A stretch of DNA of 64,000 bases from Bacteroidales bacterium. GTDB taxonomy: Bacteria > Bacteroidota > Bacteroidia > Bacteroidales > JAADJA01. Both the position numbers and the translations under genes were made by a program. The DNA is taken from contig JAUVJI010000004.1 of the NCBI GenBank assembly GCA_030596605.1, forward strand, positions 464 to 64,463, written 5' to 3'. Below the pieces are notes generated by a model, which saw nothing but the letters and a program-made list of their open reading frames with translations, did not search any database and was not told the origin of the DNA. Below, piece by piece: positions 1-9,352 of the stretch (positions are counted from its first letter, which is position 1; every line of letters starts with the position of its first letter).

Positions 1-462
1 TTCGTACGTACAAAACTAAAAAGTATAAAAACCGGAAAGGTAATTTCACACACATTTACTGCAGGTTTTAAAGTTAATACAGCCAGGGTAGAAAGAAGGT
101 CATATCAGTACCTCTATAAAGATGATTTGGGCTATTATTTTATGCATAACGAAACATTCGAACAGGTTACCATTCCCAAAGACATTATCAGCGCTCCGCA
201 ATTCCTGAAAGAGGGACAGGCAGTTGAGATACTTTTCCATGCCGATACTGAAACCCCGCTTTCATGCGATATGCCGACCTATGTTGTATTGGAAATAACT
301 TATACTGAACCCGGTGAAAGAGGAAATACTGCAACCAATACACTTAAGGAAGCAACAGTTGAAACAGGAGCCACAGTAAAAGTTCCTTTATTCGTCAATG
401 AAGGCGAAAAAATAAAAGTGGATACACGGTCGGGAGAATATTCGGAAAGAGTTAAAGAATAA
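1..462 (+). CDS. efp: Elongation factor P (5' end lies outside the window)
   Basis: Frame 1 is open from base 1 ([42 protein letters not shown]...) and runs into the listed ORF 127..462. The sequence is typical of EF-P central and C-terminal OB domains. Stop codon TAA at 460-462. Confidence 0.9.
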   Translation, partial: FVRTKLKSIKTGKVISHTFTAGFKVNTARVERRSYQYLYKDDLGYYFMHNETFEQVTIPKDIISAPQFLKEGQAVEILFHADTETPLSCDMPTYVVLEITYTEPGERGNTATNTLKEATVETGATVKVPLFVNEGEKIKVDTRSGEYSERVKE

Positions 463-541
463 GTTAAGTGTTTTGAGTTTAGTCCACCTTCGCTATGCTT
501 CAGTGGATAAATGTTCTGGGTTTAATAAGGAGTAACATATT

Positions 542-1489
542 ATGAAGTTTGATCACCCCTTCACGTTAAAGCAAATAGCTGAAATTATTAATGCGGATTA
601 TGATGGTGATCCTGAATTCATAATTAATGGCATCAATGAAATTCATATGGTGGAACCTGGCGATCTGACATTTGTCGATCATCCTAAATACTACGACAAA
701 GCGCTTAATTCCAAGGCAACTACCATTCTGATCAATAAAAGAGTTACACCTCCCGACGGAAAAGCCTTACTGTTTTCTGACGATCCTTTTATGGATTATA
801 TGAAGTTGGTGAAACAATTCAGGCCTTTTGTTGCCTCCAATAAAATGATCAGTGATTCAGCCGAAATTGGCAAAGGGACAATTATTCAGCCCGGAGCATT
901 TATTGGGGAAAATGTAAAAATCGGGAAAAACTGTACTATCCATCCGAATGTTACAATTTACGATCACTCAATATTGGGAGATAATGTAATTATTCATGCC
1001 GGAACTGTTTTGGGTGCCGATGCTTTTTATTTTCAGAAAAGAGAAAAAAAGACAGTTAAGTTTGAATCTTGCGGGAGGGTTATTATTAAAGATCATGTAG
1101 AGATCGGTTCCAACTGTACGATAGACAGGGGTGTTTCGGGTGATACAATCATTGATGAATACACTAAATTTGATAATCATATTCAAATCGGACATGATAC
1201 TTATATTGGTAAAAGATGCCTTTTTGCTACAGCTGTATTGGTAGGAGGTGTTGCAATAGTTGAGGATGATGTGATATTATGGGGTCAGGTTGCCATAAAC
1301 AAAGATATCACCGTTGGTAAAGGCGCTGTATTGCTTGGGACTTCATCAATAGATAAAAGTATCGAAGGAAATAAAGTGTATTTCGGAGCGCCTGCCATTG
1401 AAGCAAGAAAGAAATGGAAAGAACTGGTGCTAATCAGGAAATTACCTGAAATGTACGAAACGCTCAACAATCTTACAAAAGATGCCTGA
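542..1489 (+). CDS. lpxD: UDP-3-O-acylglucosamine N-acyltransferase (LpxD), left-handed beta-helix
   Basis: LpxD-like N-terminal domain (FTLKQIAEIINADYDGDPEFIINGINEI...GDLTFVDHPKY) followed by hexapeptide repeats (IGKGTIIQPGAFIGENVKIGKNCTIHPNVTIYD...). Confidence 0.8.
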   Translation: MKFDHPFTLKQIAEIINADYDGDPEFIINGINEIHMVEPGDLTFVDHPKYYDKALNSKATTILINKRVTPPDGKALLFSDDPFMDYMKLVKQFRPFVASNKMISDSAEIGKGTIIQPGAFIGENVKIGKNCTIHPNVTIYDHSILGDNVIIHAGTVLGADAFYFQKREKKTVKFESCGRVIIKDHVEIGSNCTIDRGVSGDTIIDEYTKFDNHIQIGHDTYIGKRCLFATAVLVGGVAIVEDDVILWGQVAINKDITVGKGAVLLGTSSIDKSIEGNKVYFGAPAIEARKKWKELVLIRKLPEMYETLNNLTKDA

Positions 1490-2552
1490 AAGGCAATAAT
1501 ATCAACTCAAAGAATTTTTGTATGGCCGACCTTTTTAACCAAACATCATAATTAAATTCCTCACTATTTAAAAGCGTTTCTTTAATATGCTTGTCCATCT
1601 GGTCTATTACACTTTTTTCTTCTCCAACAATAACAATCTCATGCTGAAAGCGAAAACTCCTGTAATCAAAATTAGGTGAGCCTAAGGAAAAAACCTCTTT
1701 GTCAACCATTATCAACTTTGCATGGAGATTGTGTGGTACATAAAAGAGCAATTTTACACCACCTTTGGCAAGAGGGCCTAAAAACTTGTTCCGCAAAACG
1801 TCAATCAGGCCAACATCAGAATGCCTGGGCATGATAACTTTTACATCAACACCTCTCTTTGCAGCATCTGTCAACGCTTTCCGTAAATAATAGCTTGGCA
1901 GGAAATATGGTGTTTCAATTACCACCTCATGGTTAGCAGCTCTGATTAGTTCAATGTATCTTTTTCTAATTCTTTGCTTTGTAAGGGAAGGCACATCACG
2001 TATAATTTCACATCCTTCATGGGTGATTTTCCTAATGTTGATCATCTTCTCAAAGACATACTTATTGTACAATTCATAATGCTGCATGAATGCCTTTTTA
2101 AAAGAGATTGCCAGGTTGGATTTTATTCGCAATATTGATTCTCGCCAATTTAAGGAATAATCAGTTAAATTGGCTGAACCAATATAGGTTATAATGTCAT
2201 CAATAATGAGAAGTTTACGGTGATTCCTTCGATGATTCCTGGTAAAAAAATCCCAGAAGAACTTTACTTTAAGAAAAAACCTAACCTCTCCTTTGTTATT
2301 TTGCAATTCACTGAAAAAATTTGAAGGAAGCGATGTCCCCCATGAATCCATCAGGAGTTTTATCTCTACCCCTTCTCTACTCTTCCTTGTCAGTGCATCC
2401 CGGAACTTGATACCAATGGAGTCGTTATTAAACCTGTAAGTTTCGAGATATATGTAGTCTTTAGCATTCTCGATATCACTGAGCATAGCATTATAAAACC
2501 TCAAGGGGTCATCATAAAGCTTATAATCCGTTTGCAATTTATCAGTCATCAA
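1473..2552 (-). CDS. Phospholipase D / cardiolipin-synthase-like protein with two HKD motifs
   Basis: Two HxK(x4)D motifs: HRKLLIIDD...GSANLTD and LHAKLIMVDKEVFSLGSPNFD. No N-terminal TM segment. The 3' end overlaps lpxD convergently by 17 nt. Confidence 0.75.
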   Translation of the reverse strand: MMTDKLQTDYKLYDDPLRFYNAMLSDIENAKDYIYLETYRFNNDSIGIKFRDALTRKSREGVEIKLLMDSWGTSLPSNFFSELQNNKGEVRFFLKVKFFWDFFTRNHRRNHRKLLIIDDIITYIGSANLTDYSLNWRESILRIKSNLAISFKKAFMQHYELYNKYVFEKMINIRKITHEGCEIIRDVPSLTKQRIRKRYIELIRAANHEVVIETPYFLPSYYLRKALTDAAKRGVDVKVIMPRHSDVGLIDVLRNKFLGPLAKGGVKLLFYVPHNLHAKLIMVDKEVFSLGSPNFDYRSFRFQHEIVIVGEEKSVIDQMDKHIKETLLNSEEFNYDVWLKRSAIQKFFELILLPFRHLL

Positions 2553-2643
2553 TTAAAAAACAATTCAAAGTAAATACAGTTCAATAATACTCCGGAGTTG
2601 AATACGAAGATAAGAAAAAGAAATTAATTTTCACACTTTAAGA

Positions 2644-5493
2644 TCAATTTTTTCCGCAAATTGATTTAAAAGAGCAATATTTACAGTTATCGATATTTTC
2701 AACCTGTGTAAAAGGAATATCCGGATTATAAATTTCAAGAAGAATTTTTATCAGGACATCTTCAAATTGTTGTAATGTACTTTCCGATATTCCATCTCTT
2801 TCCGGTAAGCCCAAACCCATAAAACCACTGCTTAAATTTCGAAACGAAATAATCCCCGGTCTTAATCTTTCAGCCTTTATAACAGTAGCTTTGCTGTAAA
2901 TATATGAGTAAAGTAACAATTGAAAACATTTATCAAATTTATTATCTTCAAGCAATGAATCCCATTCTTTCAATTTCAGATCGTTAGTAGAAACACTCCC
3001 TGTTTTGTAGTCGATGATTCTAATTATAGTTCCTAATTCATCCAATCTGTCGAAAAAACCTTTTAATTTAACCTTAATATCCAGACTTTTATTTTGTAAT
3101 TGCAAATATGTTTCAAATCTCTGTTCAAGACTTTTAATTATCAGATGATGGCCTGATGCTCTATTTTCTCTAATAAATTTTGTCTCTCTTTCAAGGAATC
3201 TGTCAATGAATAAACCGGCAACCCTCACAATCAAAAGATTTTTACCGAAATCAATATCGCCATTTTTATAATTCTTCTTGAAGGATTCCCGAATAAGCCT
3301 TTCGATTTGGGGTTTCAGAGATCTAATATCATCAGACAATAATTTTTTTCCAATCAACGGCTCATAAAGGGTTTCCATAACATCATGCACAACAGTGCCC
3401 AATGTACTTGCTTCAATGGTTTCTTCCACATCTTCAGTATCTTCTAAACGAGCTATATAATTGAAATAGAACTGCAATTTACAATTTCGGTAAACATTCA
3501 ATGCGCTTGCTGAAAAACCTGTTTGCGCAAGTCCATTAAGTCTACCCAGAATATCAGAAGACTTATCAATAGAAATTGTATCGTCAATTCTTTCCTGTAA
3601 TGGGGGGATGGATAAGATTTCTTCCTTTATTTGAATTTTCGGATTATACTTTGGTAGTTCGTATAACAATTGCGACACATACCGGCTTCTATCACCACCA
3701 CTTAAATCGCCAGGTTCGGTATTATATAACAGATGGATATTTTTTGCACGTTGTAAAATGCGGTAAAAATGATAAGCAAAAACTGAATTTCTATCATGAT
3801 GGGTTGGTAGATTATATTCATTTTTTATCTCAAACGGAATAAATGAATTATCAGATTTGGCTGAAGGGATAAAACCTTCATTGACCGATAGCATGATTAT
3901 ATTTTCGAAATCAAGGGTCCGGGTTTCAAGCATTCCCATTACTTGTAACCCTTTTAATGGTTCGCCATAAAATGGAATGGTAACAGATTGAACAACCTGG
4001 TTAAATATTTCCCTGAATGTTTTGACATCTGCAATTATAGGATGTTCCTCCAATAGCATTTTTAGCTTGTTAAAAACCCTGGAAAAATGAAACAGGTATT
4101 CCAACTCCAATTGATATTTCTTTTGGTCTTGCTCTGATGTGAAGCAATGTTGAAGATACTTCAGAAAAGTTATCAAGCTATCTGTTCCGATAACAGGATT
4201 ATTTTTCCATGGTTTAAAAATTTCAGTAATAAAATTATTGGATGGCTGGTCATCAGCAAAATATTCAGACATTAATTCTACATGCCCGAAAAATATTTTA
4301 TTTGACTTTTTGATTTGATCGGATACTGATTCTAATCCGGAATAGGTAAATGAAAATTTCAAATAAGGATGTTCTAAAACCCTGATTATATCTCTGTAAT
4401 AAAGTCGTGGTGTTTTCCCTCCGGTTCTATCAAACTTCAAAATATTTATTTGCAGATTAAATATCGCATCAATGATCGGAAACAAAGGGGTTGATTTTAA
4501 AGGCAGACCCATTGTCAGATTAAATTCATTTATCGATTCAGGAATTGAGTTCAATAAAGGAATAGTTAAAGATTCGTCATTTAACACCACAGCGGTATTT
4601 TGCATATCGGGATTTTGATCCGCAATATTTTTTATAACCTGGCCTGCTGCCTTTACCTGCCCGACACTGCGTGCAACACCAATGACCTGAATCTTTTTTT
4701 CTTCAGACGAGAAATAATTTTCGATCCACTTAAACTCATCCTGACCGAATTGATGTTTATACTTGCGGATAAAATCCCCTGCTTCCTGTATTTCATTATC
4801 CATGTAATAGCTATCAGCATCCCAGATGAGTTCAGCCTTTCCTGTCTTCTTAAGTGATGAAACAATAACCTCTTCGGATAAAGTAAGTGCATTAAATCCT
4901 ACAAATAAAACTTTAATCCACGGAAGTGTTTCAATTTTGTCAATATTCTCAGCCAGTTTTCTGTATGCCAATCCCTGATAAACCTGGTTCTTCTTTAAAA
5001 GCTTTACTTTGAGTTTATCATAATAAACCTTTAATGAATTGTAAAAGCGTAAATACCTGATCTCAAAATCGGTCAACGGTTTACCATCCAGGTTCCATAA
5101 GGATATGGCTTTGGCATCTGTTAAATAACTGAATATCCGAGCTGGATCGACCAGGTACATGTCAATTTCATTAAAATCATTTAGCAGCACCCTTCCCCAC
5201 TTCAAAAACTCACCGAAATCATGGGCTGCTGACCCTTCAACCTCTTTATGAACCTCATACAATTCAAATTGCAGGTATACCGGATCAATAACAGAATATC
5301 CTGATAATTCGATAATAAAATCTTCGATGGAATATATGGCTGGGGACCAGATTGTCTTTTTCGCCTGATTCGACAGGTTCTTTTTTAAAAATAATCCTGC
5401 CCTGCGATTTGGTAAAACTACACAAACCTTGTCGATAGAATTACCATAATTATCATTAATATAAGCTGCTGTTCTGTCAAGAAATGCTTGCAT
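2644..5493 (-). CDS. AddB-like PD-(D/E)XK nuclease family protein with a degenerate helicase-like N-terminus
   Basis: 949 aa. The C-terminal nuclease core reads IIDYKTG...QLLLYSY, followed by the Cys cluster CKYCSFKSIC (Cx2Cx5C) with an upstream Cys (DKCFQ), as in AddB Fe-S nuclease domains. No intact Walker A motif seen. Confidence 0.6.
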   Translation of the reverse strand: MQAFLDRTAAYINDNYGNSIDKVCVVLPNRRAGLFLKKNLSNQAKKTIWSPAIYSIEDFIIELSGYSVIDPVYLQFELYEVHKEVEGSAAHDFGEFLKWGRVLLNDFNEIDMYLVDPARIFSYLTDAKAISLWNLDGKPLTDFEIRYLRFYNSLKVYYDKLKVKLLKKNQVYQGLAYRKLAENIDKIETLPWIKVLFVGFNALTLSEEVIVSSLKKTGKAELIWDADSYYMDNEIQEAGDFIRKYKHQFGQDEFKWIENYFSSEEKKIQVIGVARSVGQVKAAGQVIKNIADQNPDMQNTAVVLNDESLTIPLLNSIPESINEFNLTMGLPLKSTPLFPIIDAIFNLQINILKFDRTGGKTPRLYYRDIIRVLEHPYLKFSFTYSGLESVSDQIKKSNKIFFGHVELMSEYFADDQPSNNFITEIFKPWKNNPVIGTDSLITFLKYLQHCFTSEQDQKKYQLELEYLFHFSRVFNKLKMLLEEHPIIADVKTFREIFNQVVQSVTIPFYGEPLKGLQVMGMLETRTLDFENIIMLSVNEGFIPSAKSDNSFIPFEIKNEYNLPTHHDRNSVFAYHFYRILQRAKNIHLLYNTEPGDLSGGDRSRYVSQLLYELPKYNPKIQIKEEILSIPPLQERIDDTISIDKSSDILGRLNGLAQTGFSASALNVYRNCKLQFYFNYIARLEDTEDVEETIEASTLGTVVHDVMETLYEPLIGKKLLSDDIRSLKPQIERLIRESFKKNYKNGDIDFGKNLLIVRVAGLFIDRFLERETKFIRENRASGHHLIIKSLEQRFETYLQLQNKSLDIKVKLKGFFDRLDELGTIIRIIDYKTGSVSTNDLKLKEWDSLLEDNKFDKCFQLLLYSYIYSKATVIKAERLRPGIISFRNLSSGFMGLGLPERDGISESTLQQFEDVLIKILLEIYNPDIPFTQVENIDNCKYCSFKSICGKN

Positions 5494-5559
5494 ACTTATT
5501 ATAGAAATTTAATATGGCAATAAATTTAAGACTATAAAGAGAGAAAGCAAGGAAATAAT

Positions 5560-6285
5560 CTAATTAATTTTATCAATTATATTTTCAGCTTCTTGAAGGT
5601 TTTCTACTTTGCCAAGATCGAGCCAGATAGAATCTGTATGATCAAAGGAAGTAATCTTATGATTTTTCGCCAACTTCAGATAACTATCAATGATAGAGAA
5701 TTTTCCTTCATCTTCCATATAATTGAATATTGAGGGGTTAATTACATGAATTCCACTGAAGCCAAATTGTTGGTAGAACTTAGTTGGTCTTGCCATTATC
5801 CGTTCACCGGTTTTAATATTTTCCCAGCCACATAAATAGTTTTCCTGATCGAATAATAAATACCTGGATGTTGATCTTTTTCTAACGGCAACCGTAGCTA
5901 TGGCATTTGATCTTAAATGACTTTTTACCAGATCATTCAAATCAATATCCGAAAGCACATCCACATTATGAAGAAGGAAGGCCTGGCCATCCTCAAAAAA
6001 CCAGGAGGCTTTTTTTAACCCTCCACCGGTGTCCAATAATTCATTTCTTTCATCTGAGAATTGAATATTAATTCCGAAGTTCTCATTTTTTTTTACAAGA
6101 TCAATAATTTGATCGGCAAAATGATGAACATTGATTATAATATCATGAATTCCGGTTTTGATTAATTTTTCAATAAGAATCCCCAACAACGGTTTTCCCC
6201 CAATTGGGACTAATGCTTTAGGAATTTCCTGAGTGATGGGATGTAATCGGGTGCCTAATCCGGCTGCATATATCATTGCCTTCAT
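5560..6285 (-). CDS. Sugar-phosphate nucleotidyltransferase (MurU / mannose-1-P guanylyltransferase-like)
   Basis: N-terminal signature MIYAAGLGTRLHPITQEIPKALVPIGGKPLL is typical of the NTP_transferase fold. 241 aa. Confidence 0.7.
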   Translation of the reverse strand: MKAMIYAAGLGTRLHPITQEIPKALVPIGGKPLLGILIEKLIKTGIHDIIINVHHFADQIIDLVKKNENFGINIQFSDERNELLDTGGGLKKASWFFEDGQAFLLHNVDVLSDIDLNDLVKSHLRSNAIATVAVRKRSTSRYLLFDQENYLCGWENIKTGERIMARPTKFYQQFGFSGIHVINPSIFNYMEDEGKFSIIDSYLKLAKNHKITSFDHTDSIWLDLGKVENLQEAENIIDKIN

Positions 6286-6302
6286 AGATCAATTATATTT
6301 AT

Positions 6303-6986
6303 TTAAGTTGTAGAATCTGCATCATCGTCATCAAAGAAAAGGTTTACATGCTGAACCTGATCAAAGCCATTAAGTTCCCTTAACAATTCACTACTTCTAT
6401 CCTTCCGTTTATAACTGACCTGATAAAATGCCTCAACATTATCTTCGCCCAATTTTTTCATATTGACAAGTCGCAATTTTTTACAATGTTTCCTTAAAAT
6501 TGATTTAAGTTCGGTTTCATTTTCAATGGTTGATATATAAGAAACCTGAATTAAATATTCCCTTTTCCTAGGCGCTCCAAAATTAAAGGTAACCAATACA
6601 ATTGCGATCAGACTTATAAAAATTGTACTGGCAAGCGCTATAACGTGCAAACCTACTCCGGCTGCCATACCTACCGAAAGTGCAAAAAAGATAAACACGA
6701 TATCCTGTACATCGCGTACTGCTGTTCTGAACCTAATAATCGACATGGCACCTACCAGTCCAAACGCCCTGGCCAGGTTGTTCCCAATAACTAAAATCAC
6801 AATGGATGTAATCAATGTTAGCAGTACGATAGAATTTACATAAGTTACCGAATAACTTGGCCCCTTATATATAAACCTATATACCAGAGCTATGATGATC
6901 CCACAAGCAAGTGCAACCAATAAATTGGTAAACACATCTAATACTGTCACTGGAAATATGTCGAGATTTTGAAATTGTTCAAACAT
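6303..6986 (-). CDS. DUF4956-like multi-pass membrane protein
   Basis: About four hydrophobic helices are followed by a soluble acidic C-terminal domain. The sequence resembles DUF4956 proteins, which usually follow bacterial VTC-domain genes. It lies directly downstream of the VTC gene on the same strand. Confidence 0.55.
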   Translation of the reverse strand: MFEQFQNLDIFPVTVLDVFTNLLVALACGIIIALVYRFIYKGPSYSVTYVNSIVLLTLITSIVILVIGNNLARAFGLVGAMSIIRFRTAVRDVQDIVFIFFALSVGMAAGVGLHVIALASTIFISLIAIVLVTFNFGAPRKREYLIQVSYISTIENETELKSILRKHCKKLRLVNMKKLGEDNVEAFYQVSYKRKDRSSELLRELNGFDQVQHVNLFFDDDDADSTT

Positions 6987-7007
6987 ATCTAAATATTGTG
7001 TATATTA

Positions 7008-7772
7008 TCAATTCGGCCATTTAGACCTGGTAAAAATTTTAGATTTTGTAAGCCGGGTAACCACTTTATTTGTATCCATAGAAATTACATATTTCGATGC
7101 TGCTTGTTTTTTCAAAGACAGGTTGGCTATAATAGGATTTAGCCAAACCGGGAAATAGGAGTTAAATTTAACTTCAAGAATAAAATGATTTGACAATGAA
7201 CCGGAAATCCTATTTTCTTCAAATAACTCGTTTAAAGTCGGATAAGCCTTACTTCTCAAATTTTTATCAATCGTTAATCTCACAGTTTCGTCAAATTTAC
7301 TAAGATATGCTTCCCGTTCATAAATTACAAGCACAACCGGTCTTAGATTTTTGCTAAAAACCTGGTAAAAAAATCTTTTGGAGTTTTCATGTCCTTTGGG
7401 AAATATTTTGTCAGATATTATCTGTCCGTTTATCCTTGTATCACTAAACATTTCAAGTGCATCGCCGAATGTAACAGGAGCTCTGTACTTAATTATGGGT
7501 ATATCATATTTTCTTTTTATTTCAAGAAAAACAGTAGCATCTTTATCCTCATCATTGTACCCACGAAGCCTGACTTTTTTTCTGTTTTTAATCCCTTCAA
7601 TTTTTTCATAATAAAAATCAAACCTTGGGGTATCGAAGTAAACTGATCGAACAGTATATTGTGGTTTTTCTCCGGCCTCAGCAAATTTATCCAGGTTAAC
7701 AAAGGGCAAAAACATTTCGCGTAAGCGATCCATCTTACTGTTATGAATAATGTATTTGTATTCGTATCGCAT
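7008..7772 (-). CDS. VTC-domain (polyphosphate-polymerase-domain / CYTH-like tunnel) protein
   Basis: Starts MRYEYKYII and contains VRSVYFDTP...FLEIKRK...ILEVKF, beta-strand charge patterns typical of bacterial VTC / triphosphate-tunnel proteins. 254 aa. Confidence 0.6.
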   Translation of the reverse strand: MRYEYKYIIHNSKMDRLREMFLPFVNLDKFAEAGEKPQYTVRSVYFDTPRFDFYYEKIEGIKNRKKVRLRGYNDEDKDATVFLEIKRKYDIPIIKYRAPVTFGDALEMFSDTRINGQIISDKIFPKGHENSKRFFYQVFSKNLRPVVLVIYEREAYLSKFDETVRLTIDKNLRSKAYPTLNELFEENRISGSLSNHFILEVKFNSYFPVWLNPIIANLSLKKQAASKYVISMDTNKVVTRLTKSKIFTRSKWPN

Positions 7773-7775
7773 CGA

Positions 7776-8834
7776 CTAAAACTTCAAATGAATTCCCCTT
7801 TTTAAAAATTCAAAAATAGTAATTTCATCGCACATAACCTTGCACCGTACGGCCATACCCGGAAATATCTTTTGTATTTTTCCTTCGATGAGTGCTTTTG
7901 CTATAACCATTTGCTGATTCGACATTAAATTTACATTCCCATCCAAACCAATAAATGACGCGTCAATTTTATCATCATACCCTGGAATTGAAAATCGAAT
8001 GGCCGAAATTCTGTTAAGGTATTGGATATTATGCATTTTAACCGGAATTTTCAATAAGAATTGATTTGTATCGCTTACTGCTAAGATTCCATCCAATACT
8101 GAATTAAAACTAACAATACCATTAATGGGAGACTTAATGTAATATTGTTGCTTTAAACTATTCATGGTTTCAATTTGCTTTGTATATGATTCTACCTTTT
8201 GCTGAATATATTCAATTTGCTCTGATTTTTCACCTGTTTCTATAGACAGCAACTCATTTTGAGCTATTTGAACATTTATCTCTGCCAAATAGTAAGAATT
8301 TTCATAAATCTCAAATTCTGCAAGAGAAATAACACTGTCGTTAAAAAGCTCAAGTTGCCTGTTATAATTTTTTTCTGCCAAAATAAGCTGCTGCTTTGCA
8401 AAAATCAGTTCCTGCTCCTGTTCATCAATCAGTTCTTGCTTTTGACCCGCAATATTAGCATTAAGAGCAGCAAGTTCGACTTCTTTCAAATTTTCCAGCT
8501 TGATAATTTCATTTTCAATAAAAAAAGAGTGGATATAGGCAATGGTGTCAGTATGGGTAATATAATCATCTGATTTCAATCCATCCTTAATATGTACTTC
8601 AGCAATATCGCCACGTTCAAACTTATACCCTTTTAAATGACTAATAACATTGGTTCTGAAATCATGAAGTTCACTAACGTAATTATCGTCCTGACCCCTA
8701 TTAAGATACCATTGCTGGGATGGAAACACCAAAGCCGTTGCTTCAAAGCTGTAAGGAATCTTAATTGGAAGAAACATTACCAGAAAAATAAGTACTAATA
8801 TAACCGATAAAATCGTTCGCCTGCTAAACCTCAT
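7776..8834 (-). CDS. HlyD-family membrane-fusion (periplasmic adaptor)-like protein
   Basis: N-terminal TM anchor, a long Q/E/L-rich coiled-coil hairpin, then a beta-barrel-like tail (IKSPINGIV...). Its stop lies 3 nt from the VTC gene start. Confidence 0.5.
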   Translation of the reverse strand: MRFSRRTILSVILVLIFLVMFLPIKIPYSFEATALVFPSQQWYLNRGQDDNYVSELHDFRTNVISHLKGYKFERGDIAEVHIKDGLKSDDYITHTDTIAYIHSFFIENEIIKLENLKEVELAALNANIAGQKQELIDEQEQELIFAKQQLILAEKNYNRQLELFNDSVISLAEFEIYENSYYLAEINVQIAQNELLSIETGEKSEQIEYIQQKVESYTKQIETMNSLKQQYYIKSPINGIVSFNSVLDGILAVSDTNQFLLKIPVKMHNIQYLNRISAIRFSIPGYDDKIDASFIGLDGNVNLMSNQQMVIAKALIEGKIQKIFPGMAVRCKVMCDEITIFEFLKRGIHLKF

Positions 8835-9061
8835 TGTTTAAATAAATCCACTGAAAAGTCGCAAAATTATTAAATAACTTAAGAGTCACCCAATAATTTC
8901 TTGCTATTTTTAGTTAGACACTGATTTGTCGGATTTTGTTGCACAATCATATATGTTTATTTAAATTGAAAAAATCTAATCAGCATGGATTAATTATTAA
9001 TTAAACCACACAATATTTCACCTCCACCTTTTATGGTGAATGATAAAAGATTAAAAATTTC

Positions 9062-9090
9062 TTTGATGAAAAAAAATTATTGTAATTTTG
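9062..9090 (+). promoter_or_regulatory. Bacteroidota-type promoter for tRNA-Ser (-33 TTTG, -7 TAATTTTG)
   Basis: TTTG at 9062-9065 and TAATTTTG (fits TAnnTTTG) at 9083-9090, with a 17-nt spacer. The -7 box ends 5 nt before the mature tRNA 5' end. Confidence 0.45.
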
Positions 9091-9095
9091 CCGAC

Positions 9096-9183
9096 GGAGA
9101 AATGGCAGAGTGGTCGAATGCGGCGGTCTTGAAAACCGTTGAGGGTCACACCTCCGGGGGTTCGAATCCCTCTTTCTCCGCCA
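9096..9183 (+). tRNA. tRNA-Ser (anticodon UGA), long variable arm, CCA encoded
   Basis: Acceptor stem GGAGAAA pairs with TTTCTCC. Anticodon loop is CTTGAAA. T-arm reads GGGGGTTCGAATCCCTC and the 3' end is GCCA. Total length 88 nt. Confidence 0.92.
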
Positions 9184-9188
9184 AATTC

Positions 9189-9219
9189 AAAACCAGTCAA
9201 GCGAAGACTGGTTTTTTTT
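9189..9219 (+). terminator. Rho-independent terminator after tRNA-Ser
   Basis: Stem AAAACCAGTC pairs with GACTGGTTTT around loop AAGCGAA, followed by a T-run. Confidence 0.75.
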
Positions 9220-9352
9220 ATTTCGTATTTCGCATACATATTAAAAAGTCAAAGTCATAACACTTTCTATTATGGCACCCTCAAGGATTTGAAAAAAGAT
9301 TTTTTCAGCAAAACAATGGAAAAATTAGAAATATGCTAACCGACAAAGTAAT

